DNA from: Camelus dromedarius
Lineage: Eukaryota
Direction: 5' to 3'
Assembly: GCF_036321535.1 (NCBI RefSeq)
Contig: NC_087447.1
Coordinates: 33,668,001 to 33,732,000, forward strand
Length of the DNA: 64,000 nt
The notes beneath the pieces are model-generated. The model did no database searches, was not told the origin of the DNA, and worked only from the letters and a program-made list of their open reading frames with translations. This document shows positions 35,365-50,420 of the stretch, piece by piece (the stretch's first letter is position 1; each line of letters opens with the position of its first letter). The position numbers and the translations under genes were made by a program.

Positions 35365-38280
35365 TTTTAAAATTAACTTTATTAAGACATAATTTATATC
35401 CAGTAGAACTACATTCTACAACGGAAATTCAATGAGTTTTACCAATATCCCACTTTCCATAAACTTTTGCCTACCCCAAGTCTCAAGATTGTCTCCTATG
35501 CTGTTTTCTAGAAGTTTCACAGTTTGAAACTTTCAAATTTAGCTCGATGAGCTATTTAAAATTGGTTTTCATACATGGTGACAGATGATAAGAATTGAGA
35601 TTATTTTCTTATTCGAACATTCAGCTGTTCTAACATCACTATTTGAAAGGAGTATCTTTTTCCCATTTAATTACATTGGCCTTTTGGAAAATTTAATTGA
35701 CTGTACAACAATGAGACTACCTCTGGATTCTGGATTGTTCTATTAATCTATATATCTATTTTTTATATGTCAATACTATCCTGCCTGAGTTATGTGATTT
35801 TTAAATAAGTTTAGAAATTACATAGTATAAGGATTTCAATATTGTTCTTTCTCAAAATTGTTTGGTTACTCTAAATCTTCTGCATTTGCATATAAATTTT
35901 AGAATCTACCTGTCAATTTCTACATTGCTAAATTCACTTACCAGTTCTATAGTTTTGGGGGCAGATTTCTTAGAATTTTCTATGTTTCCAACCATGTTAT
36001 ATACATAATCATTATTACCTATAAATAATAAGTTTTATTTCTTCCTTTTCAATGGCTTTTATTTCTTTTTCATTCCTTATTGCACTGGCTAAGACTTCCA
36101 TTATCAACATCACTCATCAGAATGGTACATTTTTTTACCAGGAATGGACCTACATTGATTACACTTCATAATCACTGAAATTCTGTAGTTTACCTTGAGG
36201 TTCACTTTTGGTGTTCCACATTCTGTGGGTCTGGACACAGATCCATCATCATACTATCATATAGAGTATTTTCACTGGCCTAAAATCCTGTGTTCTGCTT
36301 ATTTGTATCCCCTTTACCTGGCAACCACTGATCTTTTTATTGTCTCCATAGTTTTGACTTTTCCAGAATGTCATAAATCTGGAACCATATAGTGTGTAGC
36401 CTTTTTAGATAGGTTTATTTCACTTAGTAACATGCATTTAAGATCCCTCTATGTCTTTTCATAAATTGATAGCTCATACCTTTTTAGCACTGAATAATAT
36501 TCCACTGTCTGGATGTAGAGACCATTCATATTTAATACAACTATCAGTATGTTTGAATTTAAGTCTACCATCGTATCTTTTGTTTTCTATTTATCCATCT
36601 GTTTAATATTCGTAGCTTCTTTGGAATTGAATTTTCTTTTCAGGATTCTATTTCACCTCCAATATTAGCTTATTATATTTAATTTAAAAATTTTTAGCTG
36701 TTGCTCTGGGGTTTACAACATACATACTTAATTTATCAGTTTACCATTAAACTGCTTCATGTACAGTGTAGAAACTTCACAGATCTCTCCATTTTCTCAT
36801 TAATTTCTTTTTTTAATCATTGCCATACATTTTACCGCTTTTATAAAATGTTTTTAAATACACAATGCCCTATTATTTTTGCTTTAGTCAATTATCTTTT
36901 AAGAAATTAAAAAATGAGAGGATAAAGACTTTTCTACATATTCACACATTTACCATTTCAGGCATTTTCCATTTCTTTGTTTAGATCAAAGTTTCCACTT
37001 AGTGATATTTTCGTTCCACTTGAAGAATTTACTTTAATATATCTTGTATTGTTGGTTTGTGGAGATGGATTCTTTCAGCATTTTTCTTCTGGAAAAGTTT
37101 TTATTTAGCCTTCATCTTTGAAATATATTTATTCTAGGAACAGAATCTAAGTTGACAGTTCCCTTTAGCCCTTTGAAAATGTCATTTGACCATCATCTGA
37201 CTTACACAGTTTCTAATGAGTATTCTAAAGTTCTTTCTCTGTTCCTTTCTGTTTCCTTTTTCTCTGGTTAATGTTAAGATTTTATTTTTTTAAAAAATTA
37301 TCACTGTTTCTCAGCAATTTGTTTATGATGTGTCTTGGTATTGTTTTCTCTGTGTTGATCCTTCTTGGAATTCACTCAGTTTTTTCAATCTGTGGTTATA
37401 GTTTTCATCAAATGTAAGATAATCTTATCCATTATCATTTCCTTAAATATATTTTCTGTCCCTGCTCCTTCCAAGGTCTTTATTATCACATTTAATACTC
37501 AATGTTCTGCATTTTCCCACAGGTTACTGTAGATACATTCATTTTAAAAAAATCATTTTTCACCCTCTCTGTGATTCATTTTGGTTATCTTTACTGCTGT
37601 GTCTTCACGTTCTCTGATCTTTTCTGCCATTAATTCCATCAAATGACATTTTCACTTCAGATATTATCATTTCCATCTCTAGAAGTTCTATCTGGATTTT
37701 AAACATCTTCTCATACTCTCCTATGTTCATACAAAAGTAGTTACAATGTTTCATGTTTGTGTGCTAATCCCATCATTTCTGGATTTGTCCACTGACTGGT
37801 ATTTTCCAGCTTTCAGTGTTTGAGTGAATGCTGGCTATCATGAATTTTATGTTTTTGAGGATCTGAGTTTTGTTGTTTTCCTTTGTGGCCATTAAAGTCA
37901 CATGCAGTTCAGTTTTTCAAGATTTGCTTTTAAGCTTTGTTAAGGAGCATCCAGAGTTGCTTTTACTCTAGGGATAGTTTATTCCCACTATGGAGTTATG
38001 GTCCTTCTGGAATCTCTACTGAATAGAGTCTATAAAGATTCCCCACTTTAGCTCACTGAGATAGGAGTACCCCACCGCCAGCCTGGTGTGAGCTCTGGAT
38101 ACAGTCTGGTTCACAACTGCCCCAGCCGCTTTGCCTGGCCTCAGCCATTTCACCTACATAAACACAGGTCAGCACTCATCTAAAACTCGAAGGGACATCT
38201 TATGCAGATCTCTAGCGCTCTGTTTCTGATTATCTTGTCCTCTTCAGGGCTGCCCCACAACTTCTGGCTTCTATTCTTCA
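35365..38280 (-). mobile_element. composite old L1 fragments
   Basis: T-rich antisense L1 ORF2/ORF1/5'UTR text, with a separate L1MC-like 3' end at ~36100-36520. Confidence 0.8.
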
Positions 38281-40042
38281 GTACTACCACCAGAGGTTTT
38301 AACATTAGCAGGGCTAAAAAAAATTCTCGTACCAGAGAATGACCACATTTTCCTTACTTTCAAATTTCCCTTTCAAATCTTTACTCAGGTTGTGCTATTT
38401 TAGGGGAGCCTGATATTTTGTGACGTATTCGCTGATTTTATTTTAATACAAGTACAAACACAATGGCAGTGAAAGAAATACAGAATGTAGACAGTACCAG
38501 AGGGCAACACTGGAGTCATATAACTTCTTCACAGTATTCTGAAAAACTCAAATCAAATACTCTAAAGATTACTGGGTAAAGAACAGTTAGGACTTCAAAA
38601 TTTCACTAGGCATCAAATACTATTTTGTTGTAATCAGGTAGGAGAAAATCCAAATGCTATCTTAAATCTCCCTCAAGATTAAAACATGAAAGAATAAGTA
38701 CCGCCATTAAAATTCTAGCATTAAGACAACAAAATGGTTACAGTGAAGAAAAAAACAGTATTTTCAAATTTCCAAACATCAATCCAAATACCCGAGCTGC
38801 ACAAAAGCAAAACAAACAAAAAAATGAGGATGTGTTTGCCTTATTTCAATTTTGCTGTGCTCAAGCTTTCTAAGCTTTCTAGAAAAAGAAAATGGCACCA
38901 TCAAGGTTTTATTTCATAGCATTACAATCTCAAAGTGAAAAGAAAAAAAAAAAAAAACAACAAGGTGCTGTTCTATTCTAAGTGTTTATCTGCATCTACT
39001 CAATTCCTTTATGCCTCAACAGTGAAATCAAAACTGTATCAGAATTTTATGAAATATTTTAAACATACAGAGAATGATATGACCACCACTCAGCTTTGTC
39101 AAATCTTAACATTCTGCCACAATTCCTTCAGTTCTTAAAAGAAATAGTTCAGATACATGGGACTGAATCCCCTTTGCAGCCTTCCCTGATCCTATTTCAA
39201 TCCTCCCCTAGAGGTCACTACCACAGTGAATTCCGTGGTTATCAGACTTAAGTGTTGCCTCTTACTTTTACTCTGTGTGCCTGTGTATAGATGGCTGTTT
39301 TCCATGTTCTAAACTTCCTATAGATGGTATAGTGCAGGAATCATTCTGTAACTCTTTTTGCTCAATGTTACTTTTGAGAGACACACACACATCATATGAT
39401 GCTGAGTTATCTTTGCACTGAAGTTTGCTGTACATTCAGTTTTCCTACAGTTGGGGGCTTTCAGTGAAGGTGAGACAAGATGACTTACATGTAATTAGCA
39501 GTTTAAATATCCCTCCACCAAAAAAAAGAGTCCATATCCAGATTCTAACCTTTAAAGCTAAATGTGTAGGTATGTAAGAACTATAGGTGCTCATATAAGT
39601 GAACAATCAATGAGATATAAAACAAAGGAGTGTAGAGTTGGATCAGTCTTCAAACACTATGTAAGATCTGAAGAGATGAACACAGTGGAGGGCATTCTGA
39701 CAAATATATTTTGAATATGATAACTATTTAGTGACATTCTCTTTAATTTACATTTTACCTTGATCGGTACTATTTCTCTTTAGTCACTTGGGAAATAAAA
39801 GTATTTTCCTTTAGCTATATTTGCAACTTAGTAAATATTAGTTATTGCTTAAAGAAAAATTTTCTGAATTATTTTGCAGTACTCCAAATAACAGCTACAT
39901 GTCACACACACTTTAACTAGCAGAAATTAGATTTAAATACAAGTTTTGACTTACTTCTTTAATGAAATGGTATGCCATCTAAATTTTATGTATATGGTAA
40001 ACCCTAAGAGCACCTTATCTTATCATCTGTTATACTGCCTCA

Positions 40043-40237
<195 letters not shown>

Positions 40238-40418
40238 TCAAAAGTATCTGATGAAGTACAAGATTTTTAATATCATGGTACATTAATCTACTACATCAAA
40301 CACAAGCTCCCACTGCTTACAACAGCAAAATGCTTATGATCAAACACCTTGGGGGCACAAAATAAAATACAATGCATTTCATATAATTAACTCTTCTGAG
40401 ACAACTCATGATACTTAC

Positions 40419-40469
40419 CCTTTTGTGGCAATTCTTCTCAAAATATATATCAAAGTAGCCAGCAATTGC
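40419..40469 (-). CDS. PRMT3: PRMT3 coding exon (third from last), AIAGYFDIYFEKNCHKR
   Basis: 51 nt, phase 0/0. Acceptor ttttttttaaacag| and donor |gtaagt on the minus strand. The peptide matches the PRMT3 C-terminal beta-barrel as I recall it, and is visible within ORF 40317..40505. Confidence 0.96.
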
Positions 40470-40699
40470 CTGTTTAAAAAAAAAATAAAAAAGAGAACAT
40501 AACATTAATTATTCAGTCTTGTAAGACATGGCAAATAACAAACCACTTCAAAAACCAGACACCTTTTAAACTTATGACAGGTCACTATTTTTTCCTGGAA
40601 AAAAATGTTACAAGTAGAAATAAAGTAATATAATTTGGCTTTCACCCACAGAAACAATATAATATTAAGGGTAACAAGGCTTATCAAATAACCAATCAT

Positions 40700-40974
40700 G
40701 GTGGACCACTGAGAGGTGAGAGGCACATGGAGAGAGGCTCCTCCAGCCCCGAGCTCATCCCAACTCTCCCACTGAGATGCTACCATGCGAGTTAAGCCAT
40801 CGTGGACTCTCCAGCTCTAGTCAAACCTAGTAGCATGAGAGACCCCAGAAGAATCCAGCAGAAGAACTGAGCTGAGTCCAGATTGCAGAATCATACAAAT
40901 AAATCTACATGATTGTGACTTCAAGGCACTAAGTTTTGGGGTGGTTTGTTACACAACAATAAATAACTAAAACA
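40700..40974 (+). mobile_element. MaLR LTR (MLT1) 3' portion
   Basis: Ends cactaagttttggggtggtttgttacacaacaataaataactaaaaca. Confidence 0.88.
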
Positions 40975-41549
40975 TACTCTTTTACACAAAGCCAGCTCAT
41001 TTAATTTCTTCTGATCGTGTTCATCCAATTTTAAAGCTAAGTACTATGATTATTTTTGGAGAGATAAACAGAATTTTAAAACAATACAATGTTCTCTGAA
41101 AATAAAAGTAAACATTCAAATAAAACTTATGTGTAGGCAAATACCCAGAGGAGAAACTTCAACATAACCATAAGGTTTACTGTAATAGTACAGAAAGTCT
41201 CTAGAAGAAATTAACATGTTCAAACAAACAGATAATTTTCATTTCCTTTTGTTTAAAATTTAAGTCATACCATTCCTTTTTCTTTCGCTATTGGGACTAA
41301 CTTTACTTAATCTATTTTAAAACTGACATTAAATAAAGCTTATAAAGTGCTAAAAAAACCTGGAAACTGATTATTGAAAAATCACTATAAAGCTAATTTG
41401 TGTATTTTACTGCTTTTGTTAAGAATATGGAGTTTCATTGATCCACAGGGTTTATATGGATCGAGTCCAAATCAAATTCAATATTTAACCTTGAGGTTTA
41501 TTATACTTTAGATACCAAGAGAATCAAAATACTATTTATAATTCTGTCA

Positions 41550-42620
41550 AATAGAAAAGCCTGCATAAGTCTCAGACTAATCCCTACACTGCGTATGCGC
41601 AGGAGAGACCCAAAGCAGTACAGCAAACTCTCAGAGAATGCAGCTGAGATCTGAACCACTGTCTGCCAAGGCACTGCTGACAGAACTTACGTTTTGACTT
41701 TAACTGGGTTGACTGCCTGTTAATACCAAACATCAACATTGTCCAGATTATTATAACTCAACTAAGAGTCTGCACAATAGCCAAGATACAATCTAGTATT
41801 ACCTAACATACAAAGACCAGGAAAAGGAACCAACTCTCAAGAGAAAAGACAATCAACAGATGTCAGTGCTGAGACGACCCAGATGCTGGTCCTATCAGAC
41901 AAAGGCTTAGAGCAAAAACTAACTATGCTGCTATGAGGTAATGGTAATGAGGTCACAGAACACTTTAAAAAGAATCAAAAGACAGAATTTCTCAGTAGAG
42001 AAATAAATACAAAGTATAAAAAGAGAAACAAGTGGAAATTTTAAAGCTGAAAAATACAGTAACTGAAACAAAAAAACTTCCTGGGCTGAAATGCAGAATG
42101 GAGATGATAGAGGGAAAAAAAAAAATCAGTGAATCTGAAGTTAAGTCAGGCAAAATAAAAATATTTCCAATTGAAGGAAAATTAAAAGAACTCATTACCA
42201 ACAGGCTTTTTAGAACACATGTTAAAGAAAGTTCTTTAAGCTGGGGGGAGGGGGTAGGTATAGCTCTGTGGTTGAGCACATGCTGAGTGCATGAGGTCCT
42301 AGGTTCAATCCCCAGTATGTCCACTGGAAAAAAAAAAGAAAGAAAGAAAGAAAAGAAAACAATGAAAGTAAAAAGAAAAAAGAAGTTCTTCAAGCTGACA
42401 GACAATAATATGGGAAGGAAATCTGAAACATCAAAAATCACAGAAGAATAACAGAAATGATAAATAGTTGGGTAAATATAAAACACTACCTTTTCTGCTG
42501 AATTCCTTTAAAATATTTATGATTATTTATGGCAAAAACTATATCATCATCTGGTGGATTTTCAATGTATGTACATGTAAGCACAAATATCAGTGTAAGG
42601 GGTGAAGAGGCAGGAGGGAG
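41550..42620 (+). mobile_element. old L1 5'UTR/ORF1 remnant
   Basis: ORF 42032..42286 MEILKLKNTVTETK...RMEMIEGKKKISE is L1 ORF1 coiled-coil-like. More L1-like A-rich sequence continues to ~43550. Confidence 0.8.
42244..42380 (+). mobile_element. camelid tRNA-derived SINE (vic-1-like) nested in L1
   Basis: gtatagctctgtggttgagcacatgc...ggttcaatccccag followed by an A/(GAAA)n tail. TSD aagttctttaagctg (ending 42243) / aagttcttcaagctg (ending 42397). Confidence 0.9.
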
Positions 42621-45600
42621 GAAGAATGAAATTCCATCAATACATACAAGTGTTTATATAAAATTTGGAAGTGAAGAAGGCTTTTAAAGCATCATACACA
42701 CGGCAGAAGCTTAATATAAGAAAAATTTAAATTTTAGTATAAAAACTAGAAGATGAACAAGGGATCTGAGAATATTTCCAACATATGTAACAAAATAACA
42801 TTGTCCTTTGTACATTAAGCTACCACAAAGTAATAAGAAAGCAATACATCAAAAGAAATTAACAGAAAACAAAACAGGAAATTTACAAAAGAAAAATCAA
42901 ATGATTAACAAACATGTTTAAAAAAACTGTTTTAGCTACTTAGAAAATTCAGAAATAGCAAAACTAACTTACAGTGTTATAAGTAAGAATAGTAGTTAAC
43001 CTTGCAATAAGAGGTTACATGGTTGGCTCCTTGGTTGCTGGTAATACTCTGTTTCATAAGCTGAGTGCTGGGTATATTTGTGCAATTTTATCATACTATA
43101 CTTACGATGTTTGCACTCTTCTGTTTTTATGCACTCAATCAAGATGTTCAGGTAATGTACATACTCATTGACCCAGTAACTCAAAACTTTCAAAAATTAT
43201 TCTATGGAAATTATAAGTGTGCTTTCAAAGATTTAAACATAGGTCAATAGGTGATCAGTTAATGAACAATAAAATCTACAAATAATAGAATACCATTTAG
43301 CCAACAAAAGTAATCCTGTAGGTAAATATTTATTGATTTGGAAAAACAGCTGCAATACACTATCTGGTGAAAAGAATAAGATATATATTATGGGCACTTA
43401 CTCTTTGTTATGCAAATGTGAATGGATATACACACACACACACATATATATATATGGAAAGATTTCACAAGCTACTGAAAGTGGATGATAGATTTGGAAT
43501 AGTCATATTCTTTGTTTATCTATAATTTATATTTCCCATAAAAATGAACAATTGTGATAATAATTTATATTTAATAATACTTCAGTTAAATAATCTATAG
43601 TATTACATGGAGAAGCATACAATTCAGCAATCATCGTTGTATTATTTCCCTTGTGATCACTCATCTCTGTCCCCCAAGGGCTAGGGCAGTGTCTAGTATG
43701 TAGAAGGAACTAAATGAATTTGAAGAAAAAGAATTACAGGTTTTCCTCAACTAGTAATTCTACAAAAATAACATTTTCCAATGAAGAGATTAGCAAAAGC
43801 AAACTGAGAGAAAGTAGCAAGTAGAGGAGAAAAGATGTAACAGAAAAGTAATAGTAACAAAAACTATGAAAACATTAAGAAGACTTTTAAAGATTTTAGT
43901 AAGTGGGTTTCATGGGGAGAGGGTCACTTTATAATTATTCTTTAAGTTATACGTATGTTTTATGTACTCCGTATACTTATGTTACCAAAAAAGAAAGGGG
44001 GGTGGGAACCCTAGTAAGCTAATAAAACCTTTCATGAAAACAACAAATTCTAGTTTAAAAGAAGCTCCTATAATATTATCAGAAAATGTGACCTGAGTCT
44101 GAAATATATAAAGTTCACAAAGTGAAATGTCATGTATTTAACTCTGGTGAAAAACAGCCCAGTAATATTAATATAGTAGAGCATTACAGAATTATAATTG
44201 TATTTATAACTCCACAGTATTTGTATAAAATATAATAATAAATATAGAATGAATATATAATATATAAAAAATAGATATAAATACAATATTTATTTATAAT
44301 TATAATTACAGAATATAGGTCTTAACGAAGAGGAGAGGCTGATACATGAGTTCACAACAAAATTAAAAAAGAAAAAGAAAAAGATCTGAGAATACAAAGA
44401 TATTTTACAATTGCCTTCCAGTTTCAAAATCCAACAATCTATGAAATTTAGTTAAAAATCAAAAAAGAAACTAACTCTTTCCCAGACACCCAAAAATGCA
44501 GTGAAAGAAATACTGGGCAGTTTGGGGTAACTAATAAATGAACAGTTTATAAGCATGAAGACAAATAAAATAAGAAAGAAAAATAAAAATGAAAAACACA
44601 TCTATATTATAGTTCCCTTTGAAGTACATTATAGCATCTCCAACTCCTCATGCAGATTAACCTTCCTGATGTTTGGTTGAGGGTAGTATTAAAATTAGTT
44701 CCACAGCAAACATTAGGCAGAAGCATGAGGAAAAGTCAGAAAGAAATTCACCTGAGATTTAAAATTATATGCAGATAATGTACTCATCAGACAGCTTTGA
44801 CTTAACTGAGTAAGGGAAGATTCTTGCTCTTCCACTGGGAAAGGAATATCTGGTTTTAAAATGGGTATTTACCCTCAAACACAAGCAAGGCCTAGCACTT
44901 TTTTTTTCCTTCTGTATAATTGTTTCTTGATAATTAAAACAGAGATCAGAAGAAAAGAGAAAAAAACTTTAAACTTGAAACACAGTCATATAAACTAGTT
45001 AAATTACGATTGGTATTTTTCTTTCTGCATAGCCATTATAAATAATCCAAATATGGCAGCTGATTTGGGGACAAAACTATTTTGCTGCAGATCATCAACA
45101 TGCAACTATTTTTCAATTACAGTTTCACCACCTTGTTTACCATCACTTTGACAGGCTGTCTCGAGGTCTTTTAAATGTTAATTTCAATGAACTTACACTC
45201 ACTCTGTGCAAGCCATTCAAATACAAGAATAAACAACAACCATAAGGAAATTGAAAATGATGACTACTAAGCACTGGTAATAAATAACTGGAGCACAGCT
45301 TGACATGTGCTTGAAAGAGATCAGATAGGTTTGAAGGCCTGACCACAGAATAAATTTCTCTTTTGTTCCACATATATCTCTTGTCAGGGGCAAAGGGAAT
45401 GCTAAGGGAAAAAATATGCATTGAAATCAAATATCTACAGGAGTTGGGTTAATCTGCAAAGGCAAGGTCATAAGCAAATAAAATTTCACTGACTTATACC
45501 ACAATCAGGAAAATTTTAAGAGTCACTTAGACTGAGAGAAAGAATGAGTGGTAATTCAGAATAACCGTGATGATGACAAAAGGGAAGAGAGTGGAAGGAA

Positions 45601-47109
45601 AATATATGTGTACAGTAAATTTCTGGGATAGTTCGATTACGCTTGTAATTTGGTGAGAATCTCCCATAATCACTTTGAAGTACACAGGGAAATAAAATAG
45701 ACATGTAGTTTTATTGTGCATCTGAAATAGTCCTAAGTATTGGAATATAGTTTCAGAAAGAGCTGTTTGTTTCTGCTTTGTGGATTTCACAAAAAGGAAG
45801 AAAATAACTCAAAGCATTTGTAAACTGAATCATTTGAAAACCTGTTTTAAGCCATTTTGCATTTTTTATCCCATACATACAAAGGTAGATGCAGTTCGTT
45901 TTACACATGTGCATCTGAAGAACAATGACAGGGAATAAAAATGAATTACTTCCCCATGTATTTTGATGCGATACTCACATCACATTTCTTTAAAGAGGAC
46001 ATATCATGTGTGTATGTAACAGGATGGCAGCCAATGAAATAAGATCAGACTAGACCTTATGAGGAAGAAGGAAATTAAAAATTATCATTATCACTATCAC
46101 CTGCAGGGAGTAATTTATCATTTCTGTTCTTCATTGGTATCATGCTCCAACAGCATGTGGTTACAGCAGATACAATTAGGCAGCTGGCCACAGAAGTAGG
46201 AGGATAATGTGCTTTTGATGGAGCTTATCCAAGCATGGAGATAGAGTGCTTGTAATCCATGCAGCAGAATCACTATAACAAAAATATAATTCATTCTTTG
46301 TTGGAGTATTTCTTTCAAAATCTTAATAGGGAATTCAAAAGCTAACTGATGATGAGTCTGAAGCAAGTAAAGAAAGAGTAAGAAGAGAATGCATAAAAAT
46401 GATTATTATAACTTACAGCACTGTATATAAACCAACCAGATGAAAACACAAATACAGGCCACACAAAGCTGCTGCATAAAGACCATGAACTCTGCTAGTG
46501 ATAATCGGTATTTAAACTAAGAAGATATAATCAACAAGAACGAAAATCACCTACTATGATTTTTTCCCAATGTTAACTATAGCTTAAATTATAGACTAGT
46601 CCTTCTTCAATTTTCTGTTTTCATCCCAAGAGGAAATTTGCATCTTTTCTTTCTTTCATGATTCCTCTAGGGAACAATACACATTAAGTGCCATATACTT
46701 CTCAAAGGATATCGCCAAATTGAGTAATGTTTAGAAATAGATCAAGTAGTACGGAAAGTAGCAAAATAGACAATAGGTCTAAGAATATTTTTAAAAGGTA
46801 TTTTCACTGAAAAACTCAAAATAATATCTAATCTACTTAAAATATTCTCAAATTATAACTGAAGTTCCTTTAAAATTTACTTAGACTACTCCCTTGTAAT
46901 TTCAAAACTGCTTACTAAAGGGGTTTTACAGAGCAGGAGGGATCACCTCTCTGTAGCCTACAATTTAAGTACGTTAATTCTAACATTTCATAAATTGACA
47001 CTTTACGTGGCCTAACTCATCTACACTTCTTCCCAGCTATAAACACAAAATATTACTGTTTTATAGATTCAATATTCACTGAGATTTACCAATATTTTCA
47101 CTTAAAAAG

Positions 47110-50100
47110 ACTTTTTAATGTACAATGTTTGTGCAGAAAAGTGCACAGAAATGTACATCATGGTGAATTTTCAAACAGAATATAGCTGTGAAACCCATGC
47201 TCAGATCTAGAAAGAGAACATCCCAGCATCCCAGTAACTCCCGTATGCACCTAGGCAACCCTAGGCGCCCCTACAGGGTAACTACCATCCTGATTTTTAC
47301 CCCAGCTTTACTGAGATATAACTGACACAGAACAATGTGTAATGTAAGGTGAGCCACGTGTTGTTTGATGTACTCATAAATTCCAAAATGATTACCACCA
47401 TACTGGTATGTTAGCTAAACCTCTACCATGTCACATAGTTATTTCTTTTTGTGTGGTGAGAATATTTGAAGTCTACTCTCTTACCAACTTCAAGTATATA
47501 AATAACATAGTATTATTAATTACAATCACCATGATGTACACTGGCTCCCAGAAGGTAACTAGAGGTTTTTAACACTGACCAACATTTCCCCACTTCTCCC
47601 ATCCCCCACCCCCTGGTAATCCCCATTCTGCTGTTTCTGAGTTTGGCCTTTTTATTTAGGTTCTATGTACAAGTGATGTCATCCAGTATTTGTTTTTCTG
47701 AATTATTTCACTTAGCGTAACACCCTCAAGCTCCATCCATGTTGTGGTAAATGGCAAGATTTCCTTGTTTTCACAGCGGCATAATATTCTATTGTATACA
47801 CATACCATGTCTTCTTTATCTACTCATCTGCTGCTGGACACAAGTTATTTCTGTATCTTGACTATTGAGAATGCTGCTGCAATGAACATGGGAGTGCAGA
47901 GATCTCTTCAAGATCCTGTTTTCATTTCCTTTGGATATATAGCCAGAAGTAGGATTGCTGGATCACATGGAGTTCTATTTTTTATTTTTTTCAGGAACCT
48001 CCAAACTATTTTCTATAGTGGTTGTACCAATTTACATTCCCACCAAAAGTGCACAAGGGTTCCTTTTTCTCCACATCCTCAGCAACACTTATCTCAATAA
48101 CTATCTTGATTTCTAAGAGCACAGATTAATTTCCCCTATTACATACTTCAACATATATCATGTAGTCTTTCGTGCCTGGCTAATTTTCTTTCCTATTGTT
48201 TTTGAGATTCACTTACACTACTGTATATTACCTAACCATTACATGGCTGTGAGACATCTATGACTACATTATTTATCCAGTCTACTGTTGACAGGAATCA
48301 AGCAGTTTTAAATTGATGCTTTTATAAACATTCTTTTATGAATGTCTTTTGGTGCACACATGCTGTGGTTTGGTGCTCAGTGCTGTTGGGTATATACTTA
48401 GGAGTGAAACTACTGCTGTGTGCATATATACCACTTTTAGTAATTTTTATTTTTTCCTGTATTTCTGGCCTTCCGTTAGGGATCATTTTCTGTTTGCCTA
48501 TATACTCTTCAGCATCTCCTTCAGGAGAGGTTTCCTGGGACAAATTCTCTCTTTTTATTTGTTCACCTTAAATAGCTTTATTTCAGCTTCATTCTTAAAA
48601 GTTATTTCGGTTGGGTAGAATTCAGGGTTGGCAGTTATTTTCTTTCAGCACATGGAGGATGTCATCACTGCATGATCTTCTGTCTTTCCAACGCCATTGT
48701 TCCTGCTGAGAAATCCTCTACCAGTCTATTTACTGCTCCTTTGAAGGTAATTTCAACGCTCTACTTACAGCCCCACTGAGGCTTTAAAGATTTTCTCCTT
48801 AAGTTTCTATAGTTTTAGTTGGATGTATCTAGGTGTGAATCTCTTCTCTTTTCAATTGAAATATAATTCTACCATAAAAAGTTCCCCCATTTAAAGAAAC
48901 TGTATCATTCAATTAAAAAAAAGTATATTCAGAGTTGTACAGCCATCATCACAACCTAATTTTAGAACATTTTTATCACCCCAGAAAGAAACCCTGTATC
49001 CATACCCCTTCTCACAACCCCTGTCTACAGATTTGCCTATTCTGAACATTTCATATAAATGGAATATATAAATGGAATAATCCTTCTGTGGTTAGCCTTT
49101 CTCACTCAGCATGTTTTCAAGGTTTACCATTTCAAAGTTTATACGTTCTGTAGCATGTATCGGTACTCCACTTCATTTTATACCCAGACAATATTTCATT
49201 GTATGGCTATACCACATTCTGTTTGTTCAGTCTTCAGGTGATGGACATCTGGATTACTTCCACTTTTTAGCTATTATAAATAATGCTGCTATGAACATTT
49301 ATGAACAAGTCTTTGTGTGGATATATTTCATTTTTCCTGGGTATGTACCTAGAAATGGATGAATTTTTAAAATTCTTCCTTGTCAGATTATGTTGTGCTT
49401 CTCAAATTGTAGCTCACTGTCTTTCATCTATTTTGGAAAATTCTCAGTCATTATCTCTTCAAATACTGTTTGAAATACTCTCACCTTGTTTCCCCTTAGG
49501 ACTTCCATGTAAACATATATTAGATGTTTCCTTGTATCTTCTATGTCTCCTGCCCTTCCCAGTGCCTCCTTCTGGTATGCCTCCATGCTTCCTTCTGGAT
49601 ATTTACCTCTAACATAAATCCAGTTCAATAATCCCTTCTATACCAGGGATTTAATTTTACTGCTAAACTCATCTTTAGTTCAGTTTTAGAATATCTATTC
49701 GACTCTTTTTCAAATCTGCTATAATTTAAATGTTTCCAATTCTTTGTTTGAAATTTGAAATGTCTTTTGTCCTTGAACTTAGTAAGCACAGTTATTTTAA
49801 AGTTCATATCTGATATATCTAATACCTGGGACATTTGGAGCTCTGTTTTTATTGCCTGTTTTAGCTGGTTCTTGTTTATGCTGTCTTGGGCCCTTGTGTG
49901 ACTGATTACCTTTGATTATGTTCTGAACATTATATATGAAATACTGTAGAAATAAGTTCAGATCTATAATAACAACCTTCTAGAAAGAATCTCAGTTCTG
50001 CAAGAACCTGGAGGTGCTAGCAAAAACCAAGGTCATCTTAATCTAATTGTGGGGCTTGAGAATTTCCTGGGCTACCCAGATGATTTGAAGCTGGGCTGCA

Positions 50101-50420
50101 ATCTATGCAAGGGCTCATTTATGTAAGTTTTGCCCTATTCTTGAGTGCAGTCCTTCAGGGTCCCAAGGCAAAGCACGGGGGAATTCTTTAAGGGCTCCAT
50201 TTTTAATTCCTAACTATTTGAGGCTATCAAAAGGGCTACACAAGTTTTTCAGCTGCTTCCTGTGAATCGGTAAACACCTACAGGGCAAAAGCTGTCTCAA
50301 ATGTCGGTCTCATTTCTTTAGATTCCCTTCTTTTCTGAGTCTTGGCTTGGTAACGCTTTATTAATTTCTCTGATACTTTCAAACATATAGTATTCTGTAT
50401 TTTTTTTTCAGCTTTGGTAG
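47110..50420 (-). mobile_element. nested cluster of antisense L1 fragments
   Basis: Separate 3' ends start at ~47110, ~47300 (running to ~48095; ORF 47744..48100 is its antisense translation) and ~48850. ORF1/5'UTR remnants continue to ~50420. Confidence 0.85.

Noticed and set aside
38493..38510. CTCF-like motif taccagagggcaac
   Set aside because: Only a partial core match, and such matches are common by chance. It needs PWM scoring or ChIP data.
41992..42486. 164-aa Phe-rich 'membrane protein' ORF
   Set aside because: Antisense translation of A-rich L1 and SINE tail sequence.
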